A DNA stretch of 64,000 bases. It comes from Macrostomum hystrix (taxonomy: Eukaryota; Animalia; Platyhelminthes). Positions within the stretch are counted from its first letter, which is position 1. Each line of letters opens with the position of its first letter. The notes beneath the pieces were generated by a model. It had not been told where the DNA came from. It did no database searches and saw only the letters and a program-made list of their open reading frames with translations. Positions 12,996-27,200 of this stretch are shown in pieces. The stretch is from assembly GCA_950097015.1 (NCBI GenBank), contig CATNEN010000007.1, forward strand, positions 3,534,001 to 3,598,000, in the 5' to 3' direction. Both the position numbers and the translations under genes were made by a program.

Positions 12996-13425
12996 AAACA
13001 GGTGGATTCTATTACCGGTAGTCTCAAACAGGTGGATTCTATTACCGGTAGTCTCAAACAGGTGGATTCTATTACCGGTAGTCTCAAACAGGTGGACTCT
13101 ATTACCGGTAGTCTCAAACAGGTGGACTCTATTACCGGTAGTCTCAAACAGGTGGATTCTGTTACCGGTAGTCTCAAACAGGTGGATTCTATTACCGGTA
13201 GTCTCAAACAGGTGGGTTATATTACCGGTAGTCTCAAACAGGTGGGTTATATTACCGGTAGTCTCAAACAGGTGGACTCTATTACCGGTAGTCTCAAACA
13301 GGTGGATTCTATTACCGGTAGTCTCAAACAGGTGGGTTATATTACCGGTAGTCTCAAACAGGTGGGTTATATTACCGGTAGTCTCAAACAGGTGGATTCT
13401 ATTACCGGTAGTCTCAAACAGGTGG
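12996..13425. repeat. 30-bp minisatellite, 14 copies, abutting the 29-bp array
   Basis: AAACAGGTGGATTCTATTACCGGTAGTCTC. Confidence 0.96.
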
Positions 13426-14042
13426 ACCAAATCATTTCCCCGAGCTGGTGGATGCATTCGATAATTTTCTACTCAACAGCAAATGAGCAAGGTCATACAA
13501 GTTGAGCAGGGTACTGGGCTCAAAGTGGCCCTTAGAAATGTGCAACTGGCAGCTAAAATTGCGAACTCCTGTGCGCCAACCCCCGCAGCGCACAGGTCTG
13601 ATTTTGCAGATCGTAAACCATGCCGACTAGAGAGCAGCAGAAAACACTTTTCATTTTTTTATTCTTTCTCTCGCACCGGGCGAGCCGAGCTGCGCCCCCC
13701 GAGGGGGGCGGAGTGAGCGGGGGGAGCGTCGGGTAGGGGAAAGCGAAGGCCGCCACCTGCTCCCAATCGAGCCGCAGTTGTCCCCTGCTGTCCCCGCAAT
13801 CGGCCAGGCTGCCAAAACGGCCGGGCAGGACCGAGTCCAGGGTTGCGGGGTAAGGGGAGGGCAGGTTGAAGGCGTTGGCGCGGACCCGAATTTCGGACAG
13901 GGCCTCTTGTGCGACGCGAAACACGCGCGCCTAGGCGCTGGGCCGGCAGTGGGGAGAAAGCCATGCAGGCGGACCGCTGCAGCCAAACTGCAGCTTTGCA
14001 CTGCTGGCCATTACAGACACGAGCATATGCACACAATGCAAA

Positions 14043-14592
14043 CAGGATTGCAGACATCCAATACAGACGGGATTACAGACATCCAATACAGACGGGATTA
14101 CAGACATCCTATACAGACGGGATTACAGACATCCTATACAGACGGGATTACAGACATCCAATACAGACGGGATTACAGACATCCAATACAGACGGGATTA
14201 CAGACATCCAATACAGACGGGATTACAGACATCCAATACAGACGGGATTGCAGACATCCAATACAGACGGGATTGCATACATCCAATACAGACGGGATTG
14301 CAGACATCCAATACAGACGGGATTGCAGACATCCAATACAGACGGGATTACAGACATCCAATACAGACGGGATTACAGACATCCAATACAGACGGTATTA
14401 CAGACATCCAAAACAGACGGGATTGCAGACATCCAATACAGACGGGATTACAGACATTCAATACAGACGGGATTACAGACATCCAATACAGACGGGATTA
14501 CAGACATCCAATACAGACGGGATTACAGACATCCAATACAGACGGGATTACAGACATCAAATACAGACGGGATTGCAGACATCCAATACAGA
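14043..14592. repeat. 25-bp minisatellite, about 22 copies
   Basis: ACAGACGGGATTACAGACATCCAAT. Confidence 0.95.
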
Positions 14593-15710
14593 CACAGACT
14601 AGGACAGACAGACACACAGAACAGACAGACACACAGAACAGACAGACACACAGGACAGACAGACACACAGGACAGACACAGACACACATGACAGACAGAC
14701 ACACAGGACAGAAAGACACACAGGACAGACAGACACACAGGACAGAAAGACACACAGGACAGACAGACACACAGGACAGACACACAGGACAGAAAGACAC
14801 ACAGGACAGACACACAGGACAGAAAGACACACAGGACAGACACACAGGACAGACACACAGGACAGAAACACAGGACAGAAACACAGGACAGACACACAGG
14901 ACAGACACAGACACACAGGACAGACAGACACACAGGGCAGACAGACACACAGGACAGATACAGACACACAGGACAGACAGACACACAGGACAGACACAGA
15001 CACACAGGACAGAAAGACACACAGGACAGAAAGACACACAGGACAGAAAGACAGACATGACAGACACACAGGACAGACACACAGGACAGAAACACAGGAC
15101 AGACACACAGGACAGACACACAGGACAGAAACACAGGACAGACACACAGGACAGACAGACACACAGGACAGACAGACACACAGGACAGACACAGACACAC
15201 AGGACAGACAGACACACAGGACAGACACAGACACACAGGACAGAAAGACACACAGGACAGACACAGGACAGACACACAGGACAGACAGACACACAGGACA
15301 GACACAGACACACAGGACAGAAAGACACACAGGACAGACACAGGACAGACACACAGGACAGACACACAGGACAGACACAGACATACAGGACAGAAAGACA
15401 CACAGGACAGAAAGACACACAGGACAGACACACAGGACAGACACACAGGACAGACACACAGGACAGACACACAGGACAGACACACAGGACAGACACACAG
15501 GACAGACACACAGGACAGACACAGGACAGACACACAGGACAGACACACAGGACAGACACAGGACAGACACACAGGACAGACACACAGGACAGACACACAG
15601 GACAGACACACAGGACAGACACAGGACAGACACACAGAACAGACACACAGGACAGACACACAGGACAGACACAGGACAGACACACAGGACAGACACAGAC
15701 AAGGACTGAG
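14593..15710. repeat. ACAG/AC-rich compound satellite
   Basis: ACAGGACAGACAC and ACAGAAAGACAC modules. Confidence 0.93.
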
Positions 15711-15842
15711 AGACAGACCGGCAAGAAATAAGAAGCCCAGAAAGGAAAGCGCAGTTTAGAATTATGCAGGTACAGCTGCCTGAGTCGGGCAAGCATTTGA
15801 TAAACGCCAGCGCACAGCAGGACGCAAGAAGCGCAGGCGGTG

Positions 15843-15848
15843 TTTATT
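15843..15848 (-). terminator. Candidate polyadenylation signal for CLASRP
   Basis: AATAAA on the minus strand about 220 nt after the stop codon. Confidence 0.4.
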
Positions 15849-16064
15849 TACACAGGACTTCAAGTCGGCTGTATAGCAGATTTCACAGGTCATGTTTCTG
15901 ATCCACACCGAATCAGACTGCTTAGGCAGACAAACTCTTACAACAGTAATGCGCGCAGAGCGTTAATAAATTAACTAATTTATCATTCCTAGACTAAAAT
16001 AATATTTTTTTCAAATTTCAGAGTTCAGTTAATTCAAGCAGATTAAGATTTTCTGCAAAAGCAT

Positions 16065-16771
16065 TCAATAGTCAACCAGCTTTGGCACCTTCGAGCTCGG
16101 CGAGCGCCGCCGCTCGGCGCCTGCGTTGCTTTGATTCTGCGAGCTACTTCGGCTGCGACTGCGACGCCGATCCCGGTCCCTGTCCCGATCCCGGTCACGA
16201 TTGCGATCCCGGTCCTGGTCCCGGTCCTGGTCACGATTGCGATCCCGATCCTGGTCCCAATCCCGGTCACGATTGCGATCCCGATCCTGATCCCGGTCCC
16301 GGTCACGATTGCGATCCCGGTCTCGGTCCCGATCCCGATCCCGATCCCGGTCACGATTGCGATTGCGATCCCGGTCCTGGTCCCGGTCTGGGTCCCGATC
16401 CCGATCTCGGTCACGATTGCGATCCCGGTCCCGACCCTTGTCCCGAACTTGAACTCGTTCTGTACTGCGGCTGCGGCTCCGATGAGAACGCTGCTGCTGC
16501 TGCTGCTGCTGCCGGTTCTTCGAGGCCGGAGAATCAGACGACGAGTCAGTCGAGTGGGAAGAAGGCGCCGAAGAATCCGAGCTGTGGTCTCTCTTCTTTT
16601 TTGAATCGCGCAGTTTCTGCAGCTGCTTCTGCTCCTCCTGCTCCTTCTGCTGCTGCTGCAGTCGGCGCCGGCGAAATTCTTCGGTCTGTCGGCGAATCTC
16701 CCGGTCTCGTTGGGTCTGCTCCTCGCGCGCCCGACGCTGCTTGGCGTGCTCGGCCTGCTTGTCGGCGCGAT
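16065..16771 (-). CDS. CLASRP: CLASRP last exon (coiled coil, poly-Q, RD/RS dipeptide tail)
   Basis: (Y)RADKQAEHAKQRRAREEQ...RDRDRNRD...RRSRSRSSSQ...PKLVDY*; TGA at 16065-16067. Confidence 0.82.
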
Positions 16772-19700
16772 CTGACAGATAGAAGGAAAGCCGGGTTCAT
16801 TCTTGGAAGCCTAAAACGATTCTAAGAAATCTGAAGCGATTCTTAGAAACCTAAAGTATTCCAAGACACCTTAAGTCTTTCCTATAAAGCTATGGTCTTT
16901 CTAAGAAACTAAAAACTATTTTAAGAAGACTCAAGCGATTATTAGAATTTCGAAGTCATTGTGAGGAAACTATTTCAAGAAATCTGAAGCGATTCTAAGA
17001 AACCTAAAGTATTTATAAAACACCTAATTTATTTTGAAGAAACTTAAAGTCTTTCTAAAAAACTGTTTTAAGAAAACTTAAGCGATTAAATGAAGCTAAA
17101 TTATAGCGATTAATCGATCCAATAGACAGGGTATTTTTTTGGATCAAAATCGATTCTAAGAAACAAAACGTTTAAAAAACATCGCAGAAATCCTAGGCTA
17201 CCTGATGTCACTCCAAGAAATGTGCGATCGTTTTATTCTAAGAAATTTAATCGCAGCCTTTTATTCGACTTGTCAATATGCGAAGGTGTAAGTTTACAAA
17301 AATGGGGAGACATTGTGCTCGACAAAAAATCTGGCAATTTCGACACGAAAGCTGATCAGCACGCTATAGAAGGCCAGAGAGAAGGCCTAAAGCGACCCCT
17401 GGATAAAAAATGCGAGAATTGCCTATTCGAGGATGAGAGTTCGTGGAACTGCAGTCGGGAGCGGAGGTCATGCAAGGAGATGATAGAGAGGGCTGACAGC
17501 AACAGTTACGGGACACAACCAAGTGGCCGGACTAAGGATGAGGGCAAGGCGGGGAGGAGGCCCTTGGGAGCCGAATTCAACGGCCGAGCTTTTAATATAA
17601 TATCGGAAAGCCGAGCAGACTGGCTCGCATTCCAGCTCTGGGATGGCGGGGAGGGCGGAGGGAGAAATCTGGGCGGATTAGGGATCTTCGAACAGGATCG
17701 CAGTTGAAAACAGAGACTAACACTATAGGCGGTGTCGGACCGCGGGAGATAAATAGAAGGGGTAGCACAATCTCAGCTCCTACCTTGTGCTCAGGCCCCG
17801 CTAATCCCCGTCCCCAGTGTAGGCGAGTCCTTTATCCCTCGATATAGACTAGAAACAAAGCCATTAAAGCCTCATTAATGTGCTGTTTAACCCGCGATAA
17901 AATCTACATCGGACTCACAGGTCTTTGAGATCGCCACGCTGAGGCGCTGCTGAAGCAGCTGCTGCGGAGTCAGAGACTTGGCGGCCGCTGACGGCTTGGT
18001 GGCCGCCGCACTCAACGGCTGGAAAAAAGAGCAAATTAGAAATGAGTTTCTTCCGGGTGTCTGTAAATCTGTTCAATGTGTCTCGCGCCTATTCAGGGTG
18101 TCCTTTATCGGTGTCTGGGTGTGACTGCTGAGGTTTCTGGGTGTGACTGCTGAGGTGTCTGGGTGTGATTGCTGAGGTGTCTGGGTGTGATTGCTGAGGT
18201 GTCTGGGTGTGACTGCTGAGGTGTCTGGGTGTGACTGCTGAGGTGTCTGGGTGTGACTGCTGAGGTGTCTGGGTGTGATTGCTGAGGTGTCTGGGTGTGA
18301 CTGCTGAGGTTTCTGGGTGTGACTGCTGAGGTTTCTGGGTGTGACTGCTGAGGTTTCTGGGTGTGACTGCTGAGGTTTCTGGGTGTGACTGCTGAGGTTT
18401 CTGGGTGTGACTGCTGAGGTGTCTGGGTGTGATTGCTGAGGTTTCTGGGTGTGACTGCTGAGGTTTCTGGGTGTGACTGCTGAGGTTTCTGGGTGTGACT
18501 GCTGAGGTGTCTGGGTGTGATTGCTGAGGTGTCTGGGTGTGATTGCTGAGGTTTCTGGGTGTGACTGCTGAGGTGTCTGGGTGTGATTGCTGAGGTTTCT
18601 GGGTGTGACTGCTGAGGTTTCTGGGTGTGACTGCTGAGGTTTCTGGGTGTGACTGCTGAGGTTTCTGGGTGTGATTGCTGAGGTGTCTGGGTGTGACTGC
18701 TGAGGTGTCTGGGTGTGACTGCTGAGGTGTCTGGGTGTGACTGCTGAGGTGTCTGGGTGTGACTGCTGAGGTGTCTGGGTGTGACTGCTGAGGTGTCTGG
18801 GTGTGATTGCTGAGGTGTCTGGGTGTGACTGCTGAGGTGTCTGGGTGTGATTGCTGAGGTGTCTGGGTGTGATTGCTGAGGTGTCTGGGTGTGACTGCTG
18901 AGGTGTCTGGGTGTGACTGCTGAGGTGTCTGGGTGTGATTGCTGAGGTGTCTGGGTGTGACTGCTGAGGTGTCTGGGTGTGACTGCTGAGGTGTCTGGGT
19001 GTGATTGCTGAGGTGTCTGGGTGTGACTGCTGAGGTGTCTGGGTGTGACTGCTGAGGTGTCTGGGTGTGATTGCTGAGGTTTCTGGGTGTGACTGCTGAG
19101 GTGTCTGGGTGTGACTGCTGAGGTGTCTGGGTGTGATTGCTGAGGTTTCTGGGTGTGATTGCTGAGGTGTCTGGGTATAATTGCTGAGGTGTCTGGGTGT
19201 GACTGCTGAGGTGTCTGGGTGTGATTGCTGAGGTTTCTGGGTGTGACTGCTGAGGTGTCTGGGTGTGACTGCTGAGGTGTCTGGGTGTGATTGCTGAGGT
19301 GTCTGGGTGTGATTGCTGAGGTGTCTGGGTGTGACTGCTGAGGTGTCTGGGTGTGATTGCTGAGGTGTCTGGGTGTGACTGCTGAGGTGTCTGGGTGTGA
19401 CTGCTGAGGTTTCTGGGTGTGACTGCTGAGGTGTCAGGGTGTGATTGCTGAGGTGTCTGGGTGTGACTGCTGAGGTGTCTGGGTGTGACTGCTGAGGTGT
19501 CTGGGTGTGACTGCTGAGGTGTCTGGGTGTGACTGCTGAGGTTTCTGGGTGTGACTGCTGAGGTGTCAGGGTGTGATTGCTGAGGTGTCTGGGTGTGACT
19601 GCTGAGGTGTCTGGGTGTGACTGCTGAGGTGTCTGGGTGTGACTGCTGAGGTGTCTGGGTGTGACTGCTGAGGTGTCTGGGTGTGACTGCTGAGGTGTCT

Positions 19701-22700
19701 GGGTGTGACTGCTGAGGTGTCTGGGTGTGATTGCTGAGGTGTCTGGGTATAATTGCTGAGGTGTCTGGGTGTGACTGCTGAGGTGTCTGGGTGTGATTGC
19801 TGAGGTTTCTGGGTGTGACTGCTGAGGTGTCTGGGTGTGACTGCTGAGGTGTCTGGGTGTGACTGCTGAGGTGTCTGGGTGTGACTGCTGAGGTGTCTGG
19901 GTGTGATTGCTGAGGTGTCTGGGTATAATTGCTGAGGTGTCTGGGTGTGACTGCTGAGGTGTCTGGGTGTGATTGCTGAGGTTTCTGGGTGTGACTGCTG
20001 AGGTGTCTGGGTGTGACTGCTGAGGTGTCTGGGTGTGATTGCTGAGGTTTCTGGGTGTGATTGCTGAGGTGTCTGGGTATAATTGCTGAGGTGTCTGGGT
20101 GTGACTGCTGAGGTGTCTGGGTGTGATTGCTGAGGTTTCTGGGTGTGACTGCTGAGGTGTCTGGGTGTGACTGCTGAGGTGTCTGGGTGTGATTGCTGAG
20201 GTGTCTGGGTGTGATTGCTGAGGTGTCTGGGTGTGACTGCTGAGGTGTCTGGGTGTGATTGCTGAGGTGTCTGGGTGTGACTGCTGAGGTGTCTGGGTGT
20301 GACTGCTGAGGTGTCTGGGTGTGATTGCTGAGGTTTCTGGGTGTGATTGCTGAGGTGTCTGGGTATAATTGCTGAGGTGTCTGGGTGTGACTGCTGAGGT
20401 GTCTGGGTGTGATTGCTGAGGTTTCTGGGTGTGACTGCTGAGGTGTCTGGGTGTGACTGCTGAGGTGTCTGGGTGTGATTGCTGAGGTGTCTGGGTGTGA
20501 TTGCTGAGGTGTCTGGGTGTGACTGCTGAGGTGTCTGGGTGTGACTGCTGAGGTGTCTGGGTGTGATTGCTGAGGTGTCTGGGTGTGATTGCTGAGGTGT
20601 CTGGGTGTGACTGCTGAGGTGTCTGGGTATGATTGCTGAGGTGTCTCCCGTTTTTCCTGTACGGATGTTTCCCGTGGTGCTTGAACTGGTCAGAAAATTG
20701 GGTCTGACCCAGTCCGATTAGGCACGCACAAAAATATATAGGAAAAATAAGTATAGACCAGAATTCGGACGCCGAATAACTTGATAGCGTAAATTATGTG
20801 TAATGCTGTGCAATATAAATTAATGACAAAAATAACTAGAATGTGCTTACCTTTAAACCGATACCGCCGCTTCGTTCTAGTGGATTGGATCTGTAATGCA
20901 ACAATAGTAAATGTGCAGACAGCTAATTGACAGTAAACATAACTTTGAGTTTAATAAGTATTAACTGCCTGCAAAGTGGCTGATATCAGAACAAAAAAAT
21001 TCTGTAGTGCTTTGATAAACTTTCACTGACCTTCTTAGTAAACAGTATATAATAATACTTTAGAAGTCAAGAAGCATATCACGACCTCGTGATCAACTAT
21101 CTATCCATCCTACCAGCAGATTCTGACCCCATGACCAGCTATCCTATCAGCAGATTATGACCCCATGACCAGCTATCCTACCAGCAGATTATGACCCCAT
21201 GACTAGCTATCCTACCAGCAGATTATGACCCCATGACCAGCTATCCTACCAGCAGATTATGACCCCATGACCAGCTACCCTACCAGCAGATTATGACCCC
21301 ATGACCAGCTACCCTACCAGCAGATTATGACCCCATGACCAGCTATCCTATCAGCAGATTATGACCCCATGAATAACTATCCTACCAGCAGATTATGACC
21401 CCATGACCAGCTATCCTACCAGCAGATTATGACCCCATGACTAACTATCCTACCAGCAGATTATGACCCCATGACCAGCTATCCTACCAGCAGATTATGA
21501 CCCCATGACTAACTATCCTACCAGCAGATTATGACCCCATGACCAGCTATCCTACCAGCAGATTATGACCCCATGACTAACTATCCTACCAGCAGATTAT
21601 GACCCCATGACCAGCTATCCTACCAGCAGATTATGACCCCATGACTAACTATCCTACCAGCAGATTATGACCCCATGACTAACTATCCTACCAGCAGATT
21701 ATGACCCCATGACTAACTATCCTACCAGCAGATTATGACCCCATGACCAGCTATCCTACCAGCAGATTATGACCCCATGACTAACTATCCTACCAGCAGA
21801 TTATGACCCCATGACCAGCTATCCTACCAGCAGATTATGACCCCATGACTAACTATCCTACCAGCAGATTATGACCCCATGACCAGCTATCCTACCAGCA
21901 GATTATGACCCCATGACTAACTATCCTACCAGCAGATTATGACCCCATGACCAGCTATCCTACCAGCAGATTATGACCCCATGACTAACTATCCTACCAG
22001 CAGATTATGACCCCATGACCAGCTATCCTACCAGCAGATTATGACCCCATGACTAACTATCCTACCAGCAGATTATGACCCCATGACTAACTATCCTACC
22101 AGCAGATTATGACCCCATGACCAACTATCCTACCAGCAGATTATGACCCCATGACCAGCTATCCTACCAGCAGATTATGACCCCATGACCAGCTATCCTA
22201 CCAGCAGATTATGACCCCATGACCAGCTATCCTACCAGCAGATTCTGACCCCATAACTAACTATCCTACCAGCAGATTATGACACCATGACTAGCCCAGT
22301 TTCGCAAGTCACATTGCTCTGTTATTATCAGGCGGCACAAAAGCCGAATGTGTGAGTGCAAGAGAAGGAAAAGAACAGACTTCAGAAATGTCACAATTTC
22401 TGGCCCACATGGCAGGGTGGTGTTGTAATCAGAGAATATCGGGTGCCTCGAATGTGATATCAGATTCCAAGTGGACAGAAATTGGAGCGATTTAGCGGCG
22501 CTGACGTCCGCTAATAAATCACAGGCGCTGTCGGCACTACGGGAATTCGCCACAGGGGGTTATACGCTCGTAACAAAAATTTCGATAGTTTTAACAAAAA
22601 AGTAGTCACTCATTCTCACACAGTTGACGGAGTGTCCATCAAAGGCTAGCACGACACTGCGCGCTAGTGCGGAAACTGCCAGACCCACGGGATCTTTGAG

Positions 22701-24194
22701 ATTCGGGTTCGGGGAGGTCGTGGGAGCGAGAACCACAGGTGGGGGATGATTTTGATCTGCAGCTGCCATATGTAGGCTAGAGAATGGGCTTGAATGTGAG
22801 ATCACAGTGCTAGCTTTAAAGATATAATGCCAATAAAGACAAATATGTAATGATCTACAGATTGCTGGAGGCAATAATTTTTTCTAGAAATAGTAGGAAC
22901 TGATGTCACTTTGGCTATGGAAATATGGGCGATTTTGATTTTTTACAGTGGGATCAAAAGCCGTCTGGATAATTTTGGTAATGGGATCATGAGCCTTTCG
23001 GGATAATTTTAGCAATGGGATCATGAGTCTTTTGGGATAATTTTGGTAATGGTATCATGAGCTATTGGGATAATTCTGGCAACGGGATCATGAGCCGTTT
23101 GGGATAATTTTGGTAATGGGATTATTGGGATCATTTTGGTAATGGGATTATTGGGATCATTTTGGTAATGGGATTATTGGGATCATTTTAGTAATGGGAT
23201 TATTGGGATCATTTTGGTAATGGGATTTATTGGGATCATTTTGGAAATGGGATTTATTGGGATCATTTTGGAAATGGGACATAAGCCAGTTGGATAATTT
23301 GAAGATGTCTTCAGAAACATTGAAGATGCGAGAAGTGGGATTAAAGTTTACAAAAAACTCGTTGTTTTGTGTTGGAAATCATGGGATCAAAAGTTCAGTA
23401 CTAATAATGGACAATATGTCTGGGATAAAACTGGCTGAAAAGTGGTCCCCCCAAGCCAGGTGGAGTTTCGTGTGGGACGGGAGGAGGAGGATGACAAGGA
23501 GGGCATAAGCGAACTGACAATGGAACAAACTTAGCCGACTTAAATTGCGAGAAGAAAAAAAGTAGGATGGAGCAGCTCAATAGCCGAGATGGGATCGGGG
23601 AGGGTGAGATGGGGAGCTAGCAGGAAAGAGGATTGCAGAAAGATCTCGCATCCCGGCCATCTGTTTGATATATCTATATATAGAGAGAGAGCGCCTAACT
23701 TGGACCGAAATAAGAAGCCACGGGATTATAAAAAAACTGGGGACAGGTAAGAGAAGAAGTAACTCGCCCACCCAGTTCTATTTGGGAAGAGATCAGGGGG
23801 AGGCAAAAAAAGAGAATGGGAGAAAAGGAGCGAGAGAGAGAGAGAGCCGGACAACTGTTAACTGGGCAAACAACAGGACTAAAAGAAGGGGAGAAGAAAG
23901 GAAGACGGGGCAGCGGAGACCAAAAGGGAGAATTCTGGGGAGAAGAATAAGGGTGAGTGGGGGGACGCCAAGGTGAAGGAGGGCAAAGGAGCCGAGCGCG
24001 GCAGGGACGGACCGGGGCGCGCGTGACCAGAGCAAACAGAAAAAGTGGGAGGGCTGGTAGCGCGGCTTCTGTGGCCCCTCCTAAGACGCAGCAGCTATCA
24101 AACACACCTGGGAGTGTGGCTGCGGGGAGGGGAGGGACAGCAGAGTAAGCGGCCTTCAGTTTGAGCTTCTAGCCTGTTGCTTCTTTAATGGCGG

Positions 24195-24227
<33 letters not shown>

Positions 24228-27200
24228 TATCAGCTTGGTTGGGGCCACTGTATTGGGCATTGCGGAAGAAACAAAAAGGTCACAGGCGCTTACACAGACT
24301 AGGCGGTCCACTGGCTCCATCCCTCCCGTCTCAGTCAATATCCCCTCTTCTGCTAGCTCAGGATATCAAATTTCCGTCAAAGTTCTGCCGCATTCGGAGA
24401 ACAAACCACAAATTAAATATTAATTTTATCATCACAATACACTGCCCAAAACTTTACAACTCATCATCTCTGTTCAACATGAAATCCCAGATCCCAAATC
24501 CCAAAACGAAGCAATCTAACCTGAAATCCCAGATCCCAAATCCCAAAACGAAGCAATCTAACCTGAAATCCCAGATCCCAAATCTCAAAACGAAGCAATC
24601 TAACCTGAAATCCCAGATCCCAAATCCCAAAATGAAGCAATCTAACCTGAAATCCCAGATCCCAAATCTCAAAACGAAGCAATCTAACCTGAAATCCCAG
24701 ACCCCAAATCCAAAGCGAATAAATCTAACCTGAAATCCTAGATCCCAAATCTCAAAACGAAGCAATCTAACCTGAAATCCCAGATCCCAAATCCCAACAA
24801 CGTAGCAATCTTATTTGAAAAAAAAGCCTTCAAACACATTTACAAAAAGAAGAAAACAGACACAGCTAATATTATTTGGTCTCCATTTTTTGCTTAAGAA
24901 TAAACTGATTCGAAATCGATTTATGGGGCACGCACAGATATTCGAATGAGTAAACTAGCTACATTCTTACACTGCTCAGACAGCAAGGACGGCCGGTTTG
25001 AGATAGTCTTTTTTTTACTTTATCCACAAAAAATCAATAAGAGCAGTAGGCAGAATTCCATTGCTGGTTCTGCGGCCGTCCGAGCGCAACGGGCATGCAT
25101 ACAGTCGAGGATTTCCAAACGGTTGATCAAACACCCAGCGAAAAGGGGCTAATTATCCCATACCGGTCCAAAAAACTTACGGGGCTTGGTGGAACAGGTC
25201 TCGAAGTAGCCACCGGGGCGGGGGCGGTTTGAGCAAGAGGTGAGACCCGCGAGAGCCAGATAAGAAAGACATGGAAGCAAGCAAAAAATTACCGAAGAAC
25301 CGGATCGGTAACCGAAGGAATGCAGGGCCAGCCTTCTCACAGCTGCAATTACAATTTCATAAGGACTCAATGATTCTGAAAACTCCACTGACTCACTGAC
25401 AAGATCCACAATTTTTAGATTTTTCGAATCACTAACCATTCATGTTTTTATTTAAAAAAATTTAATATAGTTCTCAAACTCCCTTATATCAGTCATCAAT
25501 CTTTAAAATCGAAAGTCTTTAACTTTCAAATATAAGCTTTCAAATCCCAGTTTTCAACTCTTTTAAATCCCAGTTTTCAACTCTTTTAAATCCCAGTTTT
25601 CAACTCTTTTAAATCCCAGTTTTCAACTCTTTTAAATCCCAGTTTCAAGTCTTCGAATCTCAGTTTTCAACTCTTTTAAATCCCAGTTTTCAACTCCTTC
25701 AAATCCTAGTTTCAAGTCTTCAAATCCCAGTTTTCAACTCTTTCAAATCCCAGTTTTCAACTCTTTCAAATCCCAGTTTTCAACTCTTTTAAATCCCAGT
25801 TTTCAACTCTTTTAAATCCCAGTTTTCAACTCTTTTAAATCCCAGTTTTCAACTCTTTCTAATCCCAGTTTTCAAGTCTTCAAATCCCAGTTTCAAGTCT
25901 TTAAATCCCAGTTCCAAGTCTTCAAATCCCAGTTTCAAGTCTTCAAATCCCAGTTTTCAACTCTTTTAAATCCCAGTTTTCAAATCCTTCAAATCCCAGT
26001 TTCAAGCCTTCAAATCCCAGTTTTCAAGTCTTTCAAATCCAAGTTTTCAAGCCTTCAAAACCAAGTCCTTAAACTTCGATAATCCCAATCGAAAAGCTAA
26101 TAATCCCAAACCCTTATTTTCTTAACTACAATCTCAAACTTTCTAATCCCTATGCTAGAAGCTCCAAGTCCCACAGTCCCTAAACTTTCAAACTGACAAC
26201 CTTTTCAGTAGTAGTCCAACTAGAAAGAGGCCAAGTGGGAAAATGAATTAGTTCTGATCCAGACCCGTCAAGGACTCGTCAAAAGAGAATTAATAAGGCA
26301 GCTGAATATAATGTGAACAAAAAACTAGATTTGCACATGGAAAGTGAGGGAGCTGGAACCACTTCCCATCAGTTGCTAAAATTCTGGAAAGAGATTTCGG
26401 AGCAGCAGCAGCAGCAGCGGGAATGGGGAATTGAAAAGCTGCGTCCGGCGGTGGCAGCGGGAGGCCCGGCCGGACAGTGGCCGTGAGCAGCGTACTAATA
26501 AGATCTGCAAAGAATAAAAAAGTCGCAAACTAAAGGCAGAAAAAAATCGCTGTGCCCAGAGAAGAGGAGAGGACAGAGGAGGGGTGGATACGGGAGTGGG
26601 AGGCCGGAAGACAGTCCATCTGACCGGGCAGGGGAGACCAACGGGCCAGCGGCGGCGGCGGCGGCGGCAGAATCGGCGGCGGCGGCGGTCTCGGCAGCAG
26701 CAGCAGCAATGGTACTGGCCAAAAGCATGGGCAAAGACTGACAGACACACAATTCTTTGTGCCCTGAGTGCGTGTGAGGATTGGTAGGGGCCAAGCAGGG
26801 AGCGAGGGAAAAAGGAGATAGACAATGGGCCGGTCACGGTCGGTGGTGAAAGGAAGTTGGGGGGTCAAGCAGCAGCAGCAGCAGGCGAAGAATTATTCTA
26901 TAAATGAAAGAAAGAGAGAGGGAGAGAAGAAAAAGGGAAGGGCTTCTTTTCTAGTTCGTTTTTTTTCTGTTTAAAAAAAGGAGAGCGGCAGGACAGAGGG
27001 GTAGGGTGGCCGACCCCATTCTCAGACTGGACACATCCCACACAGGGGGGGAGGGTGGCACAGGCGACTCAAAGCACCGGCTCAAGCGCTATATGGCCCA
27101 AGCCCAACAGAAAGAGAAGGAGGAATAAAAAAAGGACTGAGTGCCCAGCTGCCAGTCTGTGTGTGCTTGGTGGGCGCGCCACCAGGACTTTAGGATTGAA

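Noticed and set aside
12532-13425. CRISPR-like array (29-30-bp partly palindromic repeats)
   Set aside because: Units are directly adjacent with no unique spacers, there are no cas genes, and the context is eukaryotic.
12953-15796. Repeat ORFs ([18 protein letters not shown], Cys/Val-rich)
   Set aside because: Minisatellite translations with no splice or homology support.
16043-16825. ORFs 16082-16825(+), 16131-16604(+) and 16043-16414(-)
   Set aside because: Antisense or off-frame shadows of the RD-dipeptide last exon of CLASRP; the true frame has no ATG in this exon and is missing from the ORF track.
17222-17707. 161-aa + strand ORF inside CLASRP intron 11
   Set aside because: No recognisable domain, GTG start, and no supporting exons.
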